Shown one piece after another: positions 20,477-29,244 of a DNA stretch of 32,994 bases. Within the stretch, counting starts at the first letter, position 1; every line of letters begins with the position of its first letter. This DNA comes from Lenisia limosa (lineage: Eukaryota; Protista; Breviatea). Under the pieces are notes generated by a model, which ran no database searches, was not told the DNA's origin, and saw only the letters and a program-made list of their open reading frames with translations. The DNA is taken from positions 1-32,994 of the forward strand of contig LPNZ01003103.1 of assembly GCA_001655205.1 (NCBI GenBank), read 5' to 3'. Position numbers and translations under genes: made by a program.

Positions 20477-23400
20477 ATGAAAAAGAACCCAGTTTTACTG
20501 ATAGTCTTGTCCCATGGACTCTCAGGGACATCCAGTGACCTAAACTACATTCAAAAGGTCCTCGAATCATCATGTACAAGGACGGAGGTTGGTGTAGAGA
20601 ATAGATTGATTTTAAGCTGGTTACCTTGTCCTCTTCCTGCTACTATTACGCTGTAATCATGTTTAGTTTGCTTATAATCGCGTGATTTTGCCATAACTGG
20701 CAAACGCCCTTTCACTCCGCCAGATCTTCAACCCTGAAGTGAACAATGGGATGCTCTCAACCTTTGACGGAATTGATGCTGGTGGAAGACGACTTGCAAA
20801 GTTTGCAGCTTGTTATCAATTTCCACCTGAATTCATACTTGTGGCATAGGAATACGACCCGTTTCATTTCCAACTTCTGTAGGGCGGTTGTGGACTATTG
20901 TAGTAGCAGGTCTTACTTAACGCACATTGCCTTGATTGGCCACTCTCTTGGCGGCCTTTATTTGAGATATGCTATTGGTGAGTAATCTAGGGATTCATCA
21001 AGTACATTCATTCATTCTCACGATATATCATTTTTTGACTATTCTGTTCGGCTTGCACATAGCCCTTCTTCAACAAGGTGGTGACTATTTCAGGAGAATG
21101 GTTGACCGTTGGGCTACTATCACGCTTGAAGCCAACCGTGTACATCAGCGTGGCCACCCCACATTTGGGGTCTAGAAGGCCAGACAGCATATGGGGCAGT
21201 GTTATCCATTCCTTTACCAAGTACGTGGCTTAATTAATAAAGTGTTCGTTGACAACAATCGTCACATTTCAGGTACCTAACGGGTACTACAGGAAACCAG
21301 CTTTTGCTATTAGATCAGGATGGAATGTGGCCTGTTGAGGTAAGAAACTATCAATTTCTCAGCAGTTCTTCGGATTTGTTAAGACAGTATATCACTGTTT
21401 AGGATGACAATATAACCCTCAACCATGGATCTGCGCCTCCATGTCTTGTTGCATCCCTGGCAATGAATAGCAATCCGGCGTTCAAAGGCTTGGCAATGTT
21501 CCAAAAGAGGTTTGTAATGTGTAATTGATCGTGTGGTGACGAAAAACAAGTCCAAGGATGACCGCGCAGGATATGTCTTGCCAATACAGTCAACGATATT
21601 CAAGTCCCATATCTCACAGCTTCAATTCGACGTACTGTTCCTCAACATGCTCTTGACCCTAAGTAAGCTGACTTTCAATAAGACAAACAACTGAATGTAG
21701 AACTAACACTTTCAGCTCACCATCCATTTTCTTGAAGTATCCACACATTGTTGCATCCTACAAGTCCAGCCCCCACCACGCATCTCCAGATAACTTTGCT
21801 GACGCATCTTTTCTGTCAACTCCTCTACCCCCACATTCAAAAGTTGGCTATTTTTTGAGATATTTCCCAATTTTGCCATGTTTTTAATAACAGATTTATG
21901 CTGCAGAGAGTTTGATGACGTTTTTTTATTTCACTTAATCATCATATTATATTATGCCGTCACAATTCAGTTGCCCAAAACATCCCCACCTTCAACCTCG
22001 TTTGCCCACACCACCGCCATCGCCGTATCTGGAGACCCTGAAGACTCGGACTATGTGGACATCAATATCAACCCCGTTGCTCCTTCACCCGTTCCAGCGT
22101 TAGTGGCTTTTATTTCACCTGATCAAAGAAAGAGATAAAATATCAATATTTAACAAGGATTTGTTGAGAAAGTCAGTCTTTTTTTGGACAGATGTGAAGT
22201 CCACCTATGACTGGTCTGTTTTTATCGTCACATTCCAGGGGCGATACAGAGGACCTTGCAGTGATGTTACAATCAGCATCAGGTAACTCAGACCAGGCAG
22301 GAGACCGTCTAAAAATGGCATTTGAGTCGCAGTACGGCACGGGTCGGGTGGTTGGCCAGGCTCACAGCCCTAGTGCCAATGACGCTCTAACCCAAGCCCT
22401 CTCCGAGAACATTTTGGTAAGCAAGGTACGACGTAGTCAATTTTCTTGGCTTTTAGTCTTTTAAATAGTGAATTTTAATACATCGAAGGATATTTGGAAA
22501 AAGTTATAGATGTGAAGCTATTGTCTCTGTCATGGATTAATTTATGGTGCAAAGGAAACATGCTTGGGGATAAGGTAACTGAAATGTACATATTTGTGGA
22601 ATAGTGGGCGTGTATTTGCCTTGAGTTTGTGTCAAGCTGGTACTGTTCATTCTATCACTGCTATATGACAATTTTTATGATTCATCTACGTATTTAGTTG
22701 TATTTTGGTTGTTGCTGCGACACTCCAACAGGGATTAGAGTTATTTTGTATCAAATCCTATATCATATCCGTTTTAATATTTCGCAATGTGAGGATTTAA
22801 GTTTTTGTTTGCTTCTTTTTTTGACCTAATTAGCAACCTGCGGAACCTGATTCCGAAATGATTGTTGAAGACCAAGAACCTGAAACCCAACTACCGCCCT
22901 CAACACCCCCCATCACGTTGCAAGAACCAATTGTCAAAGAAGTAGCGGCAGCGAAAGCGGAGGTGGAAGTAGAGATGGAAGCATCAGTAGAAGAGCCAAT
23001 TGAAGCATCAACCAGCAAGAGGAGAAGGAGGAAGGGGAAGAAGAAGGCAGCCCACGTGTCAGCCACAGCGCCATCAGCTGAAATCGAAGCTGAAGAACCA
23101 GAGCCAGCTGCTGCATCACCAATGAAGAAGAGAAGAAGTGAAATCTCACTCCCAGCACTTGAAACACAAACCCCGTTGATGGAGTCGCCTTCAACATCTG
23201 TTTCGATAGTAGTTGAAAATTCCACACCCACGTTGCCAACCCATCTGGATGGCACCCCACTTCAAAGGTTCAAGGGCCTGTATTCGTGTTAAGGTCATAT
23301 TTCATGGAACCTATGTGTTCCTGATTTCACATTTATCTTGGTGGTTTACTCCATTAGAACGACAAAGAGATCCCCGGTCTCAACATCACAATCAGCACCC

Positions 23401-23963
23401 ACCCCGCCATTCCCTCCTGTTTACCCACTCAATGTGGAGCCTGCATCTTGGTTCACTTTGAAAGGTTTGCCCAACATATCATTTGGATAATACCCATTGT
23501 TCTACATGAGTTCTAGTTGACGATTTCAGTACTCCCAGCCTCCATGGATATGAAGGAGTTCTTTGGATACGGCCAACTTGATGTAATATCAAGGTAAGGG
23601 AGCTGCAGGTGTCATATTTAACCTGATATTCCCAATTAATGTATGGGCGGCTTCTGCCAGATATTATAGCCTTTTTGCCAAATCTCATATCTTCACATTT
23701 CCAGAAGCTGTTTGATTTACTGCCCTAGAATACAAACGTCGCTATCGACATTAGAATGGGACCACATAGACTGCCGATTAGGATTGCTCAGTCGTAAGCT
23801 CACCTCGAATTTATAATCTCTACCTCAGTCCTTCTTCCCCCCAACTGTTTTAGATGACGCGTTAGCAGTGAAGCGTGAGATTCCTTTCTGGAATGACGGA
23901 AGGGATGTTATTCAGTACCTTGTTGACGAAATTATGGTCCCTTTAACCCAGAACCTCGTCTGA
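20477..23963 (+). CDS. DUF676-type putative serine esterase/lipase (alpha/beta hydrolase), multi-exon
   Basis: Spliced motifs LIVLSHGLSGTSSDL, STFDGIDAGGRRLA, IALIGHSLGGLYLRYAIG (nucleophile elbow 20938-20955), YISVATPHLGSRR, LANTVNDIQVPYLTASI, and the C-terminal LEWDHIDCRLGLLS|HDALAVKR...GRDVIQYLVD...NLV*. The order matches DUF676 family proteins. Exon use in 22430-22830 is unclear. Confidence 0.88.
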
Positions 23964-24440
23964 GCCCTTTTTCTTGTTGACAGATAGTGTGTGTCTGTCT
24001 GTTTCTGTGTAATATTATTGTATTTATTTAAGAAGTGTTTACATTTGGTTATTATTTAGATAATTAGGCAAATGCGTCACTAATGTTGTTATGTCAGGAG
24101 GGAGATGCTACCAGCAAAGCATCAAGATGCCAGAGACCTGGAGGGATGCTAGAGGGCAGCTGGGGATTGGCTTGGGGGGCTGGGGAGGGNNNNNNNNNNN
24201 NNNNNNNNNNNNNNNNNNNNNNNNNNNNNNNNNNNNNNNNNNNNNNNNNNNNNNNNNNNNNNNNNNNNNNNNNNNNNNNNNNNNNNNNNNNNNNNNNNNN
24301 NNNNNNNNNNNNNNNNNNNNNNNNNNNNNNNNNNNNNNNNNNNNNNNNNNNNNNNNNNNNNNNNNNNNNNNNNNNNNNNNNNNNNNNNNNNNNNNNNNNN
24401 NNNNNNNNNNNNNNNNNNNNNNNNNNNNNNNNNNNNNNNN

Positions 24441-27400
24441 NAAACAGCTTGCAGTAACTGCTGCCCTTCTTTTCTTGTTCTTGAATATCAATCAATGTCT
24501 TTCGGAAGGTTGGTTGAAGTCTGTTTTTGATTGGTGACGTTTACTTTCGTCAGTGAGCACCCCCTTTGGTTATCTCCTTGAGTCAGGAGTGTTAAAGAGT
24601 TTTTCTTTCGATGTGGTGGGTTCTGTTGTTCTTTTGGAGCGTGACACCGTTTTGGACCTTTCAAGTGGTGACTCCCACATTGGTAGAGGGGGTTGCCTCA
24701 GCTTCTTCTTTCTGGTTTGGTATCACTATCCACTTATAATCTATTGGTGTACGTTTGACCATCATGATATTAGGTATCTCCGTCTTCGACAACCTCAACC
24801 AGGTGTACTCATCCGTCAAGTCTACCGGGGGCGTCCATACCATTGGTACGCTTTTCATCATATTCACTTATTATATAGTGAACAAAAATGCCGCCGAGGA
24901 GGCATCTTTCGAGCTTCCGGCCAATTCCCGTGTTCTTGCAATTGAGAAAGACGTTTGAGGGGATGTTGTGCAATTGCCGTCGGTACAATTTGTTTCCCGT
25001 TTTTTAATGACATACTGCCCATGAAGTGAAATGTGTTTCTTTTGCTGTCTTACTTTCAATTTCCACTTGTTTTTGCTGGGAAGCAATTCGGTTACCAAAT
25101 AGGCGTTTCAAGCACAGGACTCCCTCCTCATTCTTGCGGCCGACACAACCACTCACCGCTTCTTCCTTTCCAAGTACTCCTTCTCATCCAGTGTTTCCAT
25201 GACAGCTGTGGGTTTGGGTATTAGTTTATTCTTGTTTCGGTTTTCGTGACCATGCCAGGCTGGAATGCAACGCAAGGACCTGTCTACTACCTTCAAGTAT
25301 GCCGGAATCGGCGTGAGCGCCTTCGACCCCGTCGGCCGCCGCATGTTCTTCGTCATGGCCACGGTGGACGGCCAACAGTCTCTCGTCACTTTCGACGTCA
25401 AGACCATGTCTGTGACCTCCGTCGACAGCCTCACCACCACCGTTGTCTCCATGGACTACTGGGTCGGAAAGGGCCTCTACGTTGCCGCCTTCGACAGTGC
25501 TTCCGTAAGAGGGGGTTTGGATCGCCATGTTTGCAGTTTTGTCTCACGTTTTGTCAGAAGAAGAGTTCTCTCTACTCCTTCAACGCCGGCGTCTTCACCA
25601 AGGTTCATGAGTAGGTAAAGTAGTATATGCAAATCGATATTGTGAAACACGTAGTGTTTACAAATGGAGAGATAAGGAGAGGTGCAAAGCTAATTAAGTC
25701 GACTCCTAAAACGGCTTCATTTGACCCCACCTCAGATTTGCCGACACATCGATGTATCTCTTCAGCAGCGATCTTGACCAGCTCTCCGGTACCATGACTT
25801 CCGTGGCAAAGAACCTGAACTCTCTCCAGCTAATTTCTGTTAATCTCAGCGACACCACTAACGAAGTTCATGCCAATATCTCCTCCAGCTCTCCCCTCTT
25901 CGACTTTTACTACAAGCACGGTGAGTAACTTCTTTTTTTTGCATTTCCCTGCCTCCTACTCATGTTCCAGTTGATGAGTGGACCTGCGAAAAGTTCTCTA
26001 ACGATGGTACCCCTGGATATAAACATGTAAGTTGGGGCAATCTTTTGAAGAATATTGGTTCTAAAGCCAGTTTGGGTGTAGATGCAGCTTGCGTTTCGGT
26101 TTCGGTTTCAATGCATCACATCCAGGACTACGCCCCTGGTATTGATGGCACCACCATTGCGCCCGGGACGATTGTCTCTGTCTCACCTGAGGCTGGCTAC
26201 TTCATCGTCGATAAGGGTGAGGGGGGAGGGGTACTTTTGTAAAATAAACAGCAAACATCTTTTAGCGTTGGGAATTGTCGGACAGCGGTTGTCACACTTT
26301 AGACGGCGACCACTCGGCTACCTGCCGTGCCACTAAGACCTGGAGCAAGTCCGGCTTCACCGTTGCCAAGGTTGGTACCCGCATGATGGAGTGCGTCTCA
26401 CTATCAGATCCCCTCCGTCTCCAATGTCCAAATGAACCCTCCGGCCACGCCGTCAGTCGAGACCATCACGCTGACGTTCAACGCCCTGGGCTCCAGCTCG
26501 GCTGCAGACTGTGTCATCCAGTGGACCGTCAAGGGCTACGTAAGCATCCATTGCAAATCGGTACCCACTCATCACTCAGGTTGTTCCTGAGACATCAACA
26601 GAGTTGTCCATCCGTGACTACAACAATGGTATTCTTCTCAACGAGGGCGACGTTGTATCTGTATGCAGGAGCTTCTTTCAAGTCCAAACTGAGTGCATTT
26701 CTTGATAAATCCTTTTTTGGGGTCTCCTGGTGTGTCTCTGATGGATTAGGTCACCGTTACTCCACGCACCACTTCGGCCTACAATGAAGCCGACTATGCG
26801 CCCTTCACCTCGCCGGTTTCGGTGAGCCTTAGGCCTCTTGCTTTCAAAGAACAACCTTTTTTGTCTTCAAATAGCCTGATGTAATCCTTTTTGCTTTGGA
26901 GATTGACTGCTTAGATTTCCACCACTGCCGTTGCTTGCTCTGACTACTGCCGCAGCTGCTCTTCGCAAACCATGTGTTCCGAGTGTTATGACAACTACTT
27001 CGTCAAATTCGTGAGCTAGCCACGAAATAAGAAGGCACTTGTTGAAGACGCTCTGACTGACCCTCCAGGATAAGGGCGCTCTGATCTGCTCGCCCTGTCC
27101 TGAAGGCTGCCCCACGTGCACGGCAACCGGAACCTGCGATGTCTGTGCTGAGGGTCTCAGATGGCACGAGGGCAAGTGTGTCGTATGGGGGGGGACTTGA
27201 CATCTGCCTAATATGATCTGATATGTACTTTGTTTTAACTCTTCAGGCCTGTAGCGGTGCAACATTCCCATCAGCCAGCAACACACCTGGATCGTGCATT
27301 ACCTGTGCGGACGGCTGTGCCTCATGTGAAGGTCCCGGCCTGGGCAAGTGCACGGCCTGCCAGGAGGGCATGCATAGAGACTTTACCCTGGGCTCTTGTG

Positions 27401-28985
27401 TCGCCAAATGTGCTGACGGACAGTTTGCTCAGACCAGCAACTCCTTCTCTGATTGCACCGTTAGTGGGGAACATGGAATTTTACCCAACCCCAGGAATTT
27501 TATTCATAACTTGGGTAAAATTCCACTTTTTTTGTGAGTTTATGAATTCGTATGTCAGCATGCCTCACAACACAGGACTGTACGGAAGGCTGTGACAAGT
27601 GCAGCGCCAAGGGTCTTGACGATTCGGTGTGCTCGCAGTGCAAGGAGGGCTACCACCGCTCCCTCTCCGGCGTCTGTGTCTCCAACATCCAGGTAGAGTG
27701 CCCCAAGTTCTACTACCTCAACAAGGACAATGCTGAGGCCATGTGCTCAGGTTCGTCTCTAACTACCTTTCCTTCTGTTGACTCCTTTAGAATGCCTTGA
27801 CAACTGCGAGCAATGCATCGACGGCAACACGTGCCAGAAGTGCAAAGACTGTAAGCGGCCTAGTCATGTGAAATACATAGAATGGCCATCCCTTACTAAC
27901 CTTGCAGTCACCGACAAATGGAACGACGACGGCTATGACGTCTGCACTGCCGCTTGCACCGAACCATCCCCGGATAGAACTCACATCATCACTGACATCA
28001 CATCTTGTGCCAGCCACTTCTGTAGGCTCTTTTGCTTTTAGTAGCTTGTCAAATTTTGGCTTGCCTCTCAGAATATAACCCCCCCCCCCCAGACGGGNNN
28101 NNNNNNNNNNNNNNNNNNNNNNNNNNNNNNNNNNNNNNNNNNNNNNNNNNNNNNNNNNNNNNNNNNNNNNNNNNNNNNNNNNNNNNNNCTCCGGCGCCAA
28201 CGTTGCCACCTGCGAATACGTCATGGGGCAGTCCATGTGGACTGGCTTCGACTGTCGCCGCAGTATGCTAGAGGGAAAGCGTTGCTGTCTTTCATTATTG
28301 AATATAGGGCTAAAACCACGCAATCTTGGATTGAATATGGTTGTAATTTTGGCGACTCACACTTCGCAGAGGCCGACTCGGACGAACAGGGTGAAAACAG
28401 CTCTATCGACAACCTGGAGGGACAGGAGACGGTTCTTGCCTCGTCAACTGAGGAAAGCAGCACGACGGACAGCATCATTAAGGTCTCGGGTGTGAGTGTT
28501 GTCGCCATCGGAGCCGCTGCAATGATTGTGGTCTTGGCCAGGCGCAAGTCCCCCGAGGCCGAGGACGTCATCAACAAGGAGATGGGCTTCATTGGTAAGC
28601 TACTAGCCTTTTGCATCAATTCTCGTCTCTGCTGCCCTATTGACCAGTCAGAATCTGAGGCAATCACCTTCGACGCCAATGACGATGTTGCCACTGTCCC
28701 CGATAGCTCCTCCAACCAGGGCGCCAGCCTTAACGTGGGTACCCTCGCAGATATTTTCTAACCTTGTAGTCTGAGTTTATGATGAGCATGGACTTCAACA
28801 ACACCATGAACGAGGCCGATGTCGACGATGATAGCAGCGAAGACGGCAGGGAGTACTCCTTCATCACCGAGTCGTCCACCGGCCTTCCTTCCACCAACCT
28901 GTCATCTGATGGCAGCGTTGGCACCGCGGAATACACGTATCTCACCACCATGGAGCCTTCCGTCACTCCCCAGTCCTTCCTCTAG
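24441..28985 (+). CDS. Uncharacterised type I single-pass membrane protein with propeller-like, Sushi-like, Ig-like and furin-like Cys-rich modules (start codon probably in the gap)
   Basis: Signal-peptide-like KQLAVTAALLFLFLNINQCLSE right after the gap. Beta-rich repeats (SVFDNLNQVYSSV, SAFDPVGRRMFFV, MDYWVGKGLYVAA). Furin-like repeats CITCADGCASCEGPGLGKCTACQEG, DCTEGCDKCSAKG..CSQCKEGY, ECLDNCEQCIDGNTCQKC. TM VSGVSVVAIGAAAMIVVLA (28483-28539) followed by RRK. Tail ends QSFL* at 28985. Exon phases were consistent where checked. Confidence 0.85.
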
Positions 28986-29244
28986 GCTGTCCTTGTTATG
29001 TATCCTGTGTATGTTATGTAGTAATATGTTTATTGTTAAGTTTGGATATTGTTAGCACAGTTGTTGTTTTTATTGATGCACTTTAATTTGTCATTAAATG
29101 GCATTCATCTTTGTTCAGAATTTGATCAAGAAAAACAACACAGCCTAATTACAACTTAACTTCAGCTTCAAACTCAAAACAAGACAAAGAATCAAAACTG
29201 ACTACTTGTTATTATCGTTCGAGCGTCTGCCTTTTTGCGATATT

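Noticed and set aside
22480-22640. Possible extra hydrophobic exons (YLEKVIDVKLLSLSWINLWCKG..., WACICLEFV) in the DUF676 gene
   Set aside because: AT-rich, weak splice context and phases not established. Cannot be supported without RNA data.
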